64,000 nucleotides of DNA. It comes from Fistulifera solaris. Taxonomy: Eukaryota. The translations under genes and the position numbers were made by a program. This document shows positions 34,020 through 47,032 of this stretch, in pieces (position 1 is the stretch's first letter; the number at the start of each line of letters is the position of its first letter). Below the pieces are notes generated by a model that worked only from the letters and a program-made list of their open reading frames with translations, did no database searches and had not been told where the DNA came from. Location of the stretch: assembly GCA_030295235.1 (NCBI GenBank), contig AP026149.1, positions 186,001 to 250,000 on the forward strand, given 5' to 3'.

Positions 34020-35480
34020 CTACCACCCTTCAAACATTCCCTTGCCGATACTACTCGGTTTAGTGGCGTTTTCCGGCTCATCGTCTTTCACTACCGCAGG
34101 TGGTAGTTCCAATCCCCATTCTTCCATTGTCTGCAGAGCCGCTCGAGCTCGTTCTTTGCTTTCTTCTTCGTCGTCTCTTTCTATTGTGACCGTACGATCT
34201 TCCAACATGACCGGTCGTTGTCCCGGTTCTTCGGCAGATACAGGTGCGACCTGCAAACACACCAATCCCCAGCGTCCCGCACGAAAGTCTTGTAATATCT
34301 TCCGCGCCGCATCTTCCGGATTCCCTTGACAAGTGTTGTCGGCCACGGCCCACAACATATCTTCTCCCGTTCCCACTTCGAGAGGATCGAATTGGTACCG
34401 TTTCCGACAAATGTCCCGCCATTCCGGTGCGGCTTCGGGATATTGTTGATACAAGGCCATGAGCCACGTACACAAGTACGCGGCAATGGCTTGATTATCG
34501 TATGCGGCGGTTCCAATGCAATTGCAGGCCGCCAAGAGTTGCGCATCGGATTGATCCGGTAAAGTGGCGGGAATGACTCCGGGACTGTCCAGTAATTCAA
34601 ACGAATCGCCTTTATTGCTACTACTCGTTTCCGTACTACTGACACGAATCCATTGCAGAGCCCGGGTAACACCCGGTGTGTTGGCAGTCTTGGCACGACG
34701 TTTCCCCAACAATCGATTGATGAGAGCTGCAGGAATCAGTTGAGTATCATAATGCTTCCTATTCATGTCCATTTTTTATCACGACAAAAACGTACCTGAT
34801 TTGCCGACATTGGGAAATCCAATGACTCCTACGCGCAGAGCTCTTGGCTTCAACCCTCTTCGTTCTCTCCGTTCTTGGACGTGTGCTCCAGCTTTCAATA
34901 TAGCACGCACCAAGCCGTGAATCCCTTCACCGGTCTTGCCATTGACAAACATGGCCATGTAAATATCGTCCTCCTTATTGCTGTTCTTTACTGTATATTT
35001 TTGTCGTTCCTTCCGTGCTTGTTTGGCTTGATGTTGAATTTGTTTGTCCATAATACTTTGGGACGTCACGTCTCCTAGTTTGAGATAAGCCTGTTGCCAC
35101 GCCTTACGACTCGACGCCGGAATTTGATCTCCGTGCGTCCAAACGACCATGCGAGGTTTCCCGGCCGACCATTTTGCGACAGAAGGATGAGACGTTGCTT
35201 TGGCGGCCCGGGCGTCGCGGACTTCGACGACGACATCGACCGCTTTGAAGGTTTCTTGCAACTGCCGTTCGGCTTTGGCAATGTGACCCGGATACCATTG
35301 CACGACGGGACGGGCGTATCCTGCTTCGTCATTGTCTGGAGAGTATTGGGCGGGTAATTCAACGGAGCGAGTGTATTGCCTGCATAGGAGAGGTGATATT
35401 CGCTGGAAGGATCGACAACATCGGGGCAAGGAAAGGAAAGCAGCACAGATCATGATGATAAAGGAACGTAAAGGGGTCAT
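34020..35480 (-). CDS. rbgA: Circularly permuted ribosome-biogenesis GTPase RbgA/YlqF family, organellar; intron ~34730-34794
   Basis: VQWYPGHIAKA, DVVVEVRDAR, GFPNVGKS, NTPGVTR, LLDSPGV, ILQDFRAGRWG. Confidence 0.92.
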
Positions 35481-35777
35481 CTCATGTAAAAAGAACACTT
35501 CGGTTCTCAAATGGGGAATATGTGTTCTCCCTCTCGTATTTGATGATGCGCGAAAAAGCCGGCTTGTTTATTGTTGATTGTATGGTCAAGCACTCGTTTT
35601 ATTTTTGATGTTGTTGCGAAAAGAAAACAAAAAAATATTACGGAGTTTTGTGATGGTGCGTTTCGGAGAATGAATTGTGTCAGATGGACAGACGATGTCA
35701 CGAAACGACATCATAGGACGTAAGCGAGACGGTACAGTTTTGGCTACTCAAAATTTTGACGCCTTTAATGACTCTAA

Positions 35778-36604
35778 GAGCAGTCACTACCGCCGGAAAT
35801 GGCAAAAACTCGTTTTTGCCATTTTTTTGTGCCCATAACCTATATTTTTGCATCCGGTAGTGAAGGGTTTCAACGACACTCTTGCATTTCTGTCCCGTTT
35901 GAGTGCCGTATGATATTAGTCACGTCAAAAATTTCGTTTTTTCTCATGCATCATGACACACTGTGGTTGTCGTTCATGCGCTTGATAAGCCTCTACTACT
36001 TCAACTCCCTCTCCTTTTTCGTTCTTCAATTGAGGCTACACCAGTCCATTTCTCATATGATCATGAGTGAAAGTGGCAGAGTCACTCGCAGCATGGACCG
36101 TACAAAAAGCGGAAAAAGAAATGGGCGATTGTAAATCAATTCATTAAAATGTTTATAAATTCTTATTGTTATTGTCTATTGAAATGTTTGAGGCGGTGAC
36201 AATGATTTCCCTGGCCCTCTGCAAGATCCGTTAAAAAATAGTGATGAAATCGACAACGGAGGGAAGTGATTTTGAATTGTTTTGCTTGTTTGTAAAAGCG
36301 ATGCAAGGGGTGATTTTTTTCAAATGATTTTTAAATATTGCAGTACAGAATTTGTGTAGAGTTTACGTAGGGAAAGTGAGTCATGCGTCCATCTTCTATT
36401 TGCCAAAGCGGGCAAAAGGACGTTGTTTTGGGAACGTATAAAAAAAAAAAAAAAATAGGACCGAGTCTTGTTGCCAAAAAAGGGGAATGGGAAAAACTTT
36501 TTGCCACTCTATTTGCCAAAACTGTACCTAGTGAAGGGTTTTTGGGTACCGGTTGGGCAATAACTTGATTCACGAGTAGTATTTTCCGGCGGTAGTGTCT
36601 GCTC
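35778..36604. mobile_element. Non-autonomous TIR DNA transposon (MITE-like, PIF/Harbinger type), 827 bp
   Basis: TIRs GAGCAGTCACTACCGCCGGAAA / TTTCCGGCGGTAGTGTCTGCTC (1 mismatch) flanked by TAA on both sides (35775-35777, 36605-36607); AT-rich non-coding interior. Confidence 0.8.
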
Positions 36605-37521
36605 TAAGCGAAATCTCTTTTTCATTCAGGGAAAATTAACTCGTTCGGGTACTAACAGGTTTCGAAAGTTCAAAGCGTGCGTCGTTGTTGTCGTAATCAT
36701 CTGGGCTGGGGACGCCATTATTATTTGACTGTTTCTCGTTCAACCAGTACAAATTCTACACGCGTACACAAAAATAATATAGCAAGAATTACCCTCAATA
36801 CTCCTTTGTTTCAACCTCCACCGCGATGACGTCACGACGACCATGGCAAAATAGCATTCCAAGAGGCTGTAACTTTGTTCACAGCTCCCACTGCCCGTTC
36901 AAATTTATACTCTACGGTTACTCTAATCAATATGAACACAATATGTGGAAATGAACGGGCGGGGAGCTTCCTCGGTCGAGTTTTCCGCTATCCGGTCGAT
37001 TTTCTGCGACCGACAGGGAAGAATATAGCATTTTACGCCACAGCCCGATCATCTATAGATAAATTAAAACTACATTATGAACCTTTTTATTTATTTCCAA
37101 TTAGGAAAGTAATTTTTAGCCAGATTTATCCATTCATTATTCGTGTTTGACATTCCGTGGTGTTTCTAGGCAATTATTAGCAAATCACTTGACGGCGGAA
37201 ATCTCAACAAGGAATGCGTCATATTGGGTGAGACCTTCGCACTTTTATTCCGCTGAGTATACTTGACTCATTTATGAATTATTTTCCATGTTCGACAGTC
37301 TTCATGATAGGTTTGCAATCGCATGAATGCCATTTCGTCATGGTCGTCGTTGATCTGTTATCGCGGTGGAGAGGATTATTACTATAGCCTATAATGTAAT
37401 CACGTAGAGTTAAACGAGAAACAGTCAAATAATGGTGCCCCCGGCCCTTACGAAAAAAAGAGACCGACGATTGAGAGCAATAATTCAGTAATTCAAACCA
37501 CGAAAGCTAATAACACAAAGA

Positions 37522-39069
37522 ATGAACGCTCTAGAACGAATTCCCGAGGAACAGATATCGCCACGACAAGGGCACTCCTCCCCGAACAATTGGCTCTGTA
37601 CAGATTGATACGGGAACAAGTGACTCGTCTGGATGAGATTGACTGGCATGCCTACGGCACCTTTGCTATTTGTCTCGACAATCATACAATTCTTCGTCTT
37701 TCTCGCAAATTTTCGCGCAATGAAAAATATCCGTCTTTTCTTCTCTATTCCCCGTGTCTCGAGTGCGTTGTGTTTGGCGACCACAAAGCCGACATTTTAG
37801 AGACCGTCACCTTTTGTGGTCTCTCCGACGTTCAGAAGCTCTCGACCTTGCCCTTCTCGAGCGAGAAATTTACGGCAAAGATTGCACTTTTGATTTTTTC
37901 TTTTCTTCAACCGAAGCAGCTCGCGCGCATTCCGAATGCTCACACGGAGATTTCCTTTGGAAAGGAGTTTGGAATGCACAGCAATCCATCGTCCTGGCAT
38001 CACGACCCTATCCTTTGCAGTTGCACTTTACCATCGGAGTTTATGATGACGTTGGATTCGCTTTTGACGACGGCGGAACCGCTTTTGTTCGTGAGCTAGA
38101 GAATCGATAATCTTCCTTCGGTTCTCTTAGTGTGGGCTTCTCTGGGAGTAAAATTCCTTTTAGTCGCAACAACTTCGAGCGCCTATTAAAGCTCGAACTA
38201 TTTGAAAAGCTAGAAATAAGTGTTCTTTGTGAGAAGTTAGCCAAACTTCCCTTCACCGCCAAAACAATGACTTTGGCTTATGAAGTCAGCTCCCAGACGA
38301 TGAAGCCGAGTGATTTTGATGCCCTCAATATCAGCCCCAAAAGCCTGGAACTAACATTTTATTTGTATGATGTGGACTGGGATGAGCTTCCGATGGCTTT
38401 CTTGAAACGAACAGTCCAGTTGGGTCACTTGGAGCAAGTGACACTTCGCATCGTCAATCGACAGCAGCTTCCTTTTCAAAGGAGCAAAGTTGCAGACGTT
38501 GCCAAGGCATTATGTCGTGCCATTCACGCCAATCCAAACTTGATGTACTTGAATCTGGGAGTTCCCAGGTACCATTCTCCCACCGACTGCATCGATTGGT
38601 CCTCCCAGATATCCAAACTTGTCCAAGTGATGGCAGTGCACCAGGGACTCCGAACGGTAGTTCTAGAACACTATTCGCCGACGACGGAAGACTACTCCCA
38701 TCTGGAACAGTTGCTTTCGTGTAACCGGAACATTACAGTCCTGGATCGTTTTGGCACCAAAATTTCAAATGGAACCGGAATCGACAAACTGTATGCGTTG
38801 AACGCCTTTTTCACAGGGTCGGCTGGGCTTTGGAAAGAGTCTACGCTTATACGAACATTGCTTGTTGGGACGACGTTGGTCGAAAGCGCATCGGGCAATT
38901 CAATACACTGCGCTGCTGTTGTCAGACCATGAAGATATGCTCTGCGCTTTCATTCAAAATCTTCTGCAGGATGACCTTGATGCTTCGCCGTCTATATTGG
39001 AAGGGTCAGAGTCAAAATTGCCTGCCACCTAGAAGATGCGTCGAGAATAAAAAGTCACCCAATCGTTAA
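37522..39069 (+). pseudogene. Disrupted member of a Fistulifera-type expanded hypothetical (RNI/LRR-like) protein family
   Basis: MNALERIPEEQ..., LIREQVTRLDEIDW, CVVFGDHKADILETVTF, LASRPYPLQL, FDDGGTAFVRELENR*SSFGSL; several frameshifts plus an in-frame TAA at 38108-38110. Confidence 0.65.
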
Positions 39070-39282
39070 CTACTTCAGTCGAAAATACAAGAACTCAACT
39101 TCATTCTCTTATTTATGTTTAATAGTCATGCTCTCAATTGTAGTCGACCTCCATACGCCTTTCGTGCTTTTGTGATGGCGTTCTAGGGCGGATTTGATCG
39201 TGTACGATGCGTATTTCGTTTGCCGTCCATCAATTACGATCGTTTGTGATTGTTGACTGTGCCGAAATTGATTCAGTTTCGA

Positions 39283-41135
39283 TTAACGAATCGACGACCG
39301 CGCCTTGACAATCTCCTTGCGAAAATTGCCGGGCAAATCCGAATTGACATACGAGACATTGCCCTGTTCGACCAACCAATGGAAGGTCTCCCAATCGTCG
39401 GGGTCTTTTCCCGAATAACCCCAAACACCGACCGCATAGCGTTGACTCAAATCATGCAAAGCGGAGGCCCCCGCTGTCGTTTTCATTTCTTTTTGGAATT
39501 GCAAGTACACACCATCCAAGGAACCATGGTCCGATTGGAGCCATCCGGCGATGGGTGACAAGTTCTCCACACCAACACACAATTCACACGGCTTCTTTGG
39601 TTCGGATGCAACGGTCAATAACATCAATTTGGGAATAGTGCGAAGCCGTCGAGGGGGTTGTTGCGGATTGGATGGCTCGGAAAAGGCACCGTTCTCGTCT
39701 GGATGAGCGTCGGGTAGCGTCAGATGACTCAAATTGGTATGACTCAAGCTCAATCCGACGGCCGCATAATCCAAATTACCAAACGAAAGAGAATGGTGAT
39801 GACTGTGGCTCGGAGGACGGGGCGGTAGTTGCGGTGGCGACGCATTCGGTGAAGAGCAGCGCGGTGTAAAGGCGTACGGTGGTGTCATGGTCCCAAAGTG
39901 ATCGTACGTGACGGTACTTTGGAAGCTCATGGTACTCCGGTGCGTCGGAACGTGGATGGATTCGGCCACTTGATACGCCGTGAATTCCGCTCGCAGCCGA
40001 TGCATCGTGTAGGCATCAAAACTCATGACCATTTCGACACAGCTGCAGAGTTCCGGATGTCGCCACAACAAGCGTGCCAATGCCGAAGCCGCTTCACAAT
40101 TGCCCGGTTTAATTTCAATAATGAGCTTGGATGTTTCCGATATCGCGTGTGCCGACCGCAGTACATCAATCAACAAAGGACAACGCAAGCCCGATTTCAA
40201 AGGCAAGGATATCAATTCCTTAAAGGTCAAATCTTGCACCCGCCGCGACGAGTATTCCGATTTTGAATCTAACGCGAGACGTTGAAAGTCTTCATCGTGC
40301 GCCAAAACTAATTTCTCATCTTTCGTCAAGGCCACATCACATTCACAGAGATGAATGCCCGACGTCCACGCTAACTCGTACGCCGCGAGCGAATTTTCGA
40401 GAGGTCGTTTGTCGTTACGATCTTGAATGTGATGAAAACCCCGATGAGCCACTAATCGCCCAATTTTGGAAGCCGGGATGGTCGACACCAAGCGTCGCAA
40501 CCAATCCAATTCGTGCATCCGACTTTCGACTTGTATGTCGTGTCCGGCTTCCGAATCCATACGCGACAGAGGCAAAAATGCGGTTCGTCTTCCGCATCGT
40601 CCACCGTCTGATGAATCAAGGTTCGCAACAATTGAATACTTCCCTCCAACATGGCTTGACACGAAAACACGTGCGATGCATACAAAATGGGCAGCAATGT
40701 GTTCGACAGTGCGGCATCGGGATGATGTTTATCGAATTTCTTGACTAATTTGCGCAAAGATTCAAAATTGGTTGAGGCCGCGGTATGCAGGACGGTCAAA
40801 CGCGTCCGTAATTCCGTCGCCGCGGCACTGCCGGCGACGTCCATATAGTGTTGCAAGGCCGTCCCCGGGGGTGCGCCCCGTGCGGCAGCCATTTCGTGCG
40901 TCGCCACAAACACGCGTTGCCATACTTCCTGCAAAGCTTCTTGTAAATCGAGAGAGGCTTCTCTCAAGGCATCCTGCCATTGTTTCGAAAATTCGGTCCG
41001 TTTGAGTGTCAGGTCGTCGTGCGCCTGAAAGAGAAAGGCCTTCAAATCATTGTAATGCACCAAATACAATTGTTCCGCATTCCCAGTATTTAAACTAGCC
41101 CGAACGGCTTTCGAGTGTCCTCCGAAGTTGACCAT
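39283..41135 (-). CDS. SPX domain-glycerophosphodiester phosphodiesterase (GDPD) fusion; one indel at ~40575
   Basis: SPX: MVNFG...YNDLK...NFESLRKLVKKFDK; GDPD: VAHRG, ENSLAAY, ECDVALTKDEKLVLAHD, IEIK, MSFD, VNSDLP. Confidence 0.9.
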
Positions 41136-41566
41136 TCTATAGAAAAGCTTCGATTGCGGTGATGAAAAGCAGTATGATAGGAGATAGGAATGATGGGTGT
41201 CCGGTGAAAAATATGTCGGCCATGGTCGTGCTTTTTTTATTTTTTTATCCTTTTTCGCTTCGGTGGCTTACACAATAGTCTAGAGTGCAGAAAGGATGAA
41301 GCCGTTTTGCAAAACGATAACATTTATTGAAAGCAGTACCGTTTAGTATGTAAAGTTCGTCTTATGTTGCCCTAATGGTTTTTACTCCTCGACGACCCAG
41401 AAAGGCGCGCATGTTTTTTTTTTTTTTTTTTTTTCGAAGAACAAAAACACCCAACGAAAAAGGGTAAAAGTCCTTTTCTATCCTTCTTTCCTAACAACAC
41501 AAATCGATTCGTTTCATTCAAGCACCATAGTACCTTCGAAACTTTATACGTACGAGAAGTAAGATC

Positions 41567-42607
41567 ATGATTGTAAAAAGCCTGTTGTTGTGGCTCCTAT
41601 CACTGGTGCGAGCACTCTCCTGGAAAGCGCAATGGATTTCACGAGAACTGTCTCGTTCTCCACGACGTTCCGGTCATGTCGCGTTTTCGTTGGAAAACAT
41701 TCCCTACATCTTTGGTGGATATGTTGAAGAAGAAGAAGACAACTCGCAACAACACAGATATGCTACCAACGATATGTGGAAATGGCACAACAATCAATGG
41801 CAGTCTGTATCATCCGTGGAAGGTGATCTTCCTCGGGCGCGTTTGGTCGCCACGGCGACAGTTCTTTACGATCAGAAAAAGTGTTATTTGTTGGGAGGAT
41901 GGGATCCTGGAACCGCTGGTACGGGTGGAGCAATACTGGATACTGTACATTGTTATCAGGACGGGAAATGGTCGACACTTCCCGTCACTATGCCCGATGG
42001 TCCTACCAGTCGTCATGTTGCCATTGCCTGGAACGATCAAATTATCGTGCACAATCATCGATGTCAAGATTATGTTTGGTTATTCGATCCCTCCTCCACA
42101 TTTTCATTTCGCCAACAAGCCACGACCGGTCCGTGTCCGAGTTCGCGTGGTTTGCACGTCGCGACACTGTTGCATCAAGAAAATCATATCTTGTTGTTTG
42201 GAGGAGCCGCACAATCGGGGATCATGTCGAATGAAGCGTTTTTGTTAAACACGGTAACATGGAATTGGACCGCATTACAAGCACGAGGTCCTACGGCACG
42301 GGCGGGAGCTTGTCTTGTACGCCTCGATCAACACACGGCACTCTTATATGGTGGTGCGGAAGCCACACCCAGTGGTCTCCGACCCCGAGGGGATCTGTGG
42401 TTGTGTCATGTTGACCAAGATCGTTGGGAATTACTGTTGGATGACGACAAGGAATCATCTCCCGAACATCCACCACCTCGCAACGCCGCCACATTGTCGC
42501 TCCTCGAAGAGGACTTGGAAACGAAAACATTTGTATTGACCGGTGGATGGCATCCCTTTGTCAAGACTTACGATGATTGCTTTCTACTTAAGCTTACCAA
42601 GTCTTGA
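41567..42607 (+). CDS. Kelch-repeat beta-propeller protein
   Basis: Repeated PxxRxGH...YxFGG...W units (IFGGY, LLGGW, LFGGA, LYGGA, LTGGW); short hydrophobic N-terminus. Confidence 0.9.
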   Translation: MIVKSLLLWLLSLVRALSWKAQWISRELSRSPRRSGHVAFSLENIPYIFGGYVEEEEDNSQQHRYATNDMWKWHNNQWQSVSSVEGDLPRARLVATATVLYDQKKCYLLGGWDPGTAGTGGAILDTVHCYQDGKWSTLPVTMPDGPTSRHVAIAWNDQIIVHNHRCQDYVWLFDPSSTFSFRQQATTGPCPSSRGLHVATLLHQENHILLFGGAAQSGIMSNEAFLLNTVTWNWTALQARGPTARAGACLVRLDQHTALLYGGAEATPSGLRPRGDLWLCHVDQDRWELLLDDDKESSPEHPPPRNAATLSLLEEDLETKTFVLTGGWHPFVKTYDDCFLLKLTKS

Positions 42608-42677
42608 TCGACTAATTATAATTCCATCTATAACAATATATATATAACACACATTCTAAACATCACGGATCCAAAAG

Positions 42678-45600
42678 TCACATTCCATGATCCGCTTCGT
42701 ATTGTCCCGCGTGAGATTCCAATAAAGACGTTAAAGCAAAACTGGCTTGCTTTCTCACTTCGGGATTTTTAAAGTGTTTTTGCAATGCAGAAGAAATCGC
42801 AACAAAGCCACCGGCGTCAGAAAGAGCCTCCAGTCGAGCCTCGTTATGGAGACACAAATTCGTAAGCGCGCCGCAAGCATTCTTCTGGACCATGGGATTG
42901 TTGATGTGTTGCTTCATGCAAGAAACAATCGCCTGCATTCCACCCGCAGTATCAATGGTCATTTCGTCCGCAGAATTCACGCAAGTCAGGTTCCAAAGAG
43001 TCGACCAAGCTGCTTCGTGCAGTTCGGCATTCTTGAAATGACACATCATTGCTCCGAGAACAGCATCTACGCCTCCAATTTCCGCTATGGCAATTTCGTT
43101 CTCTGGGTCCAATGCCAATCGCTCAAGGGCGCTACATGATGCTATCTGAATGGTGACATCGTTAACATGGTCCTCCATAGCACGAATCAAAGCCAATAGC
43201 CCACCGGCACGAGCGATTGCGCTACGTGATTCGGGTTGAATAGCGGCTTCCGCAACTGCATTAATCGCTTCCAAAACCAGTTCAGGCTTCTTGCGATTCC
43301 ATAAATCTTTGCGAATGTATTCGGTTAGCTTCTTCTTCGGTAAACTCTCTTTTTGTCGAGAAGCGGTCGGTCTTGTATGGGTGTCTTTGATCGTTCTCGT
43401 GGTGGAGACTCGGTTCTAACCGGAGTTCTTGGGCTTGCCTGGTTCTTAACAACAGGATTTTCTGCTGGTCTGAGTGACGACCTGTCATTATGGGTTGTAG
43501 GAGACTTGGAGCTTCGCCTGTCTATGGCGTCGTCAATGGATGTTGAATGAGGTGCAGAAATGCTTGCGTCCGACGTATCCAGAGATGAAATAGCCACGTC
43601 GTTGGATTCGCTCCTATCGTCGTCCCGACCTTCAGCTTTCGGCGGCGAGATTGGTCCTGCCTCTAGTGTACTCATTTGCAAGCTAGTCTTTCCTGTTTCG
43701 GTCAAGTTTGTTTCCAAGGGCTCCATCGAAACCTGTGCCATGTCGTCCTCGTCCTTCTTTTCTTCTGCGAAGCTTGCGTCTCGAACCTGCATATTTTCCT
43801 CTTTCCGGTTTTTTTGTAACAGTTATCGAGGCACTGCTCACAGGGATAGCTATGTGCTCTTGCGAATCTTCTATTAGTGGATCTTCTTCCAGTTGACTTT
43901 GCTCCTTCGCAACGGATTCAACAGGTGCGGTAACTTTTTCCTTTTCTACGAGAGAACGCTCTTCTTGTGGAATTTCGGTAGTGACTGCTTCTGCTGCCTT
44001 TACAAGTGGTTCTTCTGAATTTGCTGGCTCTTTATCAAGATGAGTGGTAGCACCGACTTCTTGAACTTCTCCTTGAACTTGAGCTCGCTCTTCTACTGAT
44101 GCTACTTCAAAGACTAGTTCTTCGGATGTAGTGTGCTCAACGGAATCGATGACACTAACTTCTTTTCTTTCAGCGTCTGTTACTACTGGTTCGAATGCTT
44201 GTGATTCTACAGCAACTGGTTCTTCCGACTTGGTTTGATTCGTTGAATCAAGTGCGGCGCCTTCAGTAAGTTCTTCTCTTGGAGCCTCTGCTACTGCTGG
44301 TTCAACTGCCTGCGATGCTGCAACAACTCGTTCTTCCGACTTGGTTTGCTCGGTTGAATCACGTACGGCGTCTTCGGTGACTTGTTCCCTTGGCGCCTCT
44401 GCTACTGCTCGTTCAACTGCTTGCGGTTCTGCAACGACAGGTTCTTCCGACTTGGTTTGCTCGGTTGAGTCAACTGCGGTAACTTCAGTAACTTCTTCCC
44501 TTCGAGCCTCTACTACTGCTGGTTCAACTGCTTGTGATTCTGCAACAACTGGTTCTTCGGACTTGTCTCGCTCGATAGAATCAAGTGCGACGACTTCAAA
44601 ACTTTCTTCTCCTTGAACTTCTGTTACTTCAAGGTCAACTAATTGCGATTCTGCAACAATTGGTTCTTCGGACTTGTCGGGCTCGATAGAATCAACTTCA
44701 GCAAGTTCTTCTTGACCTTCTCTTCGAGTCGGTTCAACTACTTGTGCTTGTGCAATAACCGGCTCGTCGGACTGCGTTTGCTTAATAAAATCAACTTCAG
44801 CAACTTCGGCAGTGCCTTCACCTTGATCCTCTGTTGCGGCTGTTTCTGCCACGACTGGTTCTGGCTTTTTATCAAGATCGAGAGTTTCTTTGTTTGCAGC
44901 CGCTTGGTCTTCCTCTCCAGCAACAACTTCTTTGACAGGTACTACTTCTTCGAGTGGACAATAAGGTTGCGATTCTGCAACAATTTTTGTCTGGGATGAA
45001 ACTGTTTGTTCCGACTTGATGTCCTCGATGCTATCAGTGGCAGTGATTGAGGCTAGCTCTTCTGCTAATGAGGTTAAGTCTTCGGAACGTGCTGACTCGC
45101 TGCAATCAAATTCCGCGCTTGCGTTGCCTTCTTCAACGACAGCCGCTTCTACCGATTGTGAGTGGTCACTAGTATCGGGTTCTACGACGTCACCTGGTAC
45201 AACTGTACTTTCAAAGTCGATTTGCCTCTTGAAATCGTGTTCGTTAGCCGCTATTGATTCCGACTCGTCCTTTGTATTGAAACCACTGCCAATAGAGCCT
45301 TCCAAAATATTGGTGGACTCTTTGACTTCACTAGCTTCAACGTCAGTGTGCTGGACCGCTTCAAATGGATTCTCAACAGAAAGATTAGAATTACTTTCGT
45401 GGGATCCTTGCAAAACCTGTCTCGCTAATGACTCTAGCTCTCGTAAAGGCGACTTGGATAAGTTGCTAGCGCAAAAAGTAGGTTGGTCTTCGAATGGAAC
45501 AGGATCTTCCTCGCCTACACGAAGATCAGGGATGTCTTCCGCAGGTGACTGGGGTTGCACAAATGGACTATCGAGGTTTTGTGTTGGTTCTCCACGTAAC

Positions 45601-46382
45601 GAATCTGTATCGGATTGCGGTAAATTGACAGCAGTATTGTAGGATTCTTCGTCCTGTGAAGTTTCGTCCTTAGTTTCTGCCTCGTCAAACGATGTTTCAA
45701 TTTCAGATATAACGGCAACTAGGTCGGGAAAAGAAACCTCGTCGTCGGGTGTGTTGTCTACGTCGTCAGTCGGTCCTTTGGGTTGCACGGAACAGTTCGC
45801 AACAATTTCGGTATTCTCCGATGCTTCAACTGGCTGCCCTGATGGATCCTTTTCTTCAGTCGATTGTAAAAAAGATAGAGCAGCTAATAGATCGGCTGAA
45901 GCGGGTTGTCTAAGGTCACGCTGGAGTAACGGACAATCGAATGATGATCCGCTTTCGTCGAGCAGTATTTGGCTGCCTCTCCTCCGGTCTTCTTTGTCAC
46001 TGGTAGAGTCAGGAGAAACAGTTTCTTCGTTCTCAAAGTCAGCACACGATGTAAGTGTGGGATTAGGGTTCGACTCGCTCTCGAGTTCTGTGTTGGCTAA
46101 AGAAGAATCGTCTTCTCGGTCCGCTTCGTTGGTCTCTTCGTCCGATGGTGAAGAATCAAAGGAAGATGCGGAATGAAGACTGGCAGTTGATTTCTCGAAT
46201 GGTTGGTCGGGTAATGTCGTTGCGTTCAAAGTTGTCAATGCAGGCACATGCTCTTCACTGGCTTCCAACGCTTCCGATGTTTCGGGATTGAACTTATAAA
46301 CGGGCGATGAAAAGATGTTATTATCAGTCGTGTGAATGCGCCCCTCTTCCAGGTCTACTTCGTCGACGGACTGCTCGTACAC
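42678..46382 (-). CDS. Large acidic low-complexity protein with C-terminal armadillo repeats; 5' end unresolved, several indels
   Basis: ARM units (GGLLALIRAM, GGVDAVLGAM, GGMQAIVSCM..VQKNACGALTNL) in 42678-43274; E/D/S-rich 899-aa ORF upstream. Confidence 0.75.
44150..44800. repeat. Coding minisatellite, 111-bp (37-aa) unit, about 5-6 copies
   Basis: tcttc(c/g)gacttg anchors at ~44221, 44332, 44443, 44554, 44665; peptide TKSEEPVVAEPQAVERAVAEAPREQVTEDAVRDSTEQ. Confidence 0.88.
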
Positions 46383-47032
46383 GTCCCCTACAAACGTTGG
46401 GGAAAAATATTGCTCTGCGTGTGTTTCGTTTTAGAATTTTCGCCCGTGGATCGAAACGCGTTCAAGTATCCTTTCGTGCTCTTCAAGAAGTTTTCCATTC
46501 TACACGAAGCTTCTTACACGACTGTTGATTGTTTCACACCGTGGAGCTTTAATTGGATGAAATTTTCTTCGCGCATGCGTTGAATGCTATTCACGATCGT
46601 GACCGTGGTGGGAGAAAGGCGCTTTCATTTGGCGCTGGAGCAGCGTGAAAGTGGTGGACTTCGAGAGAAATTCTCCAACGAAAACTGGAGGTCTAAAACA
46701 AAAATTCAGTATGGCCTAAGAAGAACTTAGACGTTATTTTTTGAAAGCTCGGCGCAACGTCTTTTCTACAGACGTACTTAAAACAAACAGTCTGAACTAC
46801 GAACAGATCATCCTCAAAGTAAACGTAAAAACCCGTCATTCTTGTTTGTGTGTGATTCCGGATTCCTCCAAAATTCGTCTGCGACGACGACCTCCTCACT
46901 CCATCCTTCTTCCTCGTGACTTGAGCTAACGAACCGCTGCTTAATTTTGAATAAAAAATATTGGCCAAAGACTATACTCTGTGACAAGCCACAGGACTGA
47001 GAAATAGCTAAGATAACAGACCACTATTACAG

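Noticed and set aside
9305..38110. Alternative genetic code (TAG/TAA reassigned)
   Set aside because: Only two in-frame stops, at different amino acids (Tyr, probably Gln), and TAG/TAA/TGA all serve as normal terminators in neighbouring genes
1113..41135. Phosphate-scavenging gene cluster (CTL, 2x PhoX, SPX-GDPD)
   Set aside because: The genes are spread over 40 kb with many unrelated genes between them; no evidence of co-regulation from sequence alone
44150..44800. CRISPR-like repeat-spacer array
   Set aside because: Whole 111-bp units are homologous and in-frame coding; no unique spacers or cas genes; eukaryotic context
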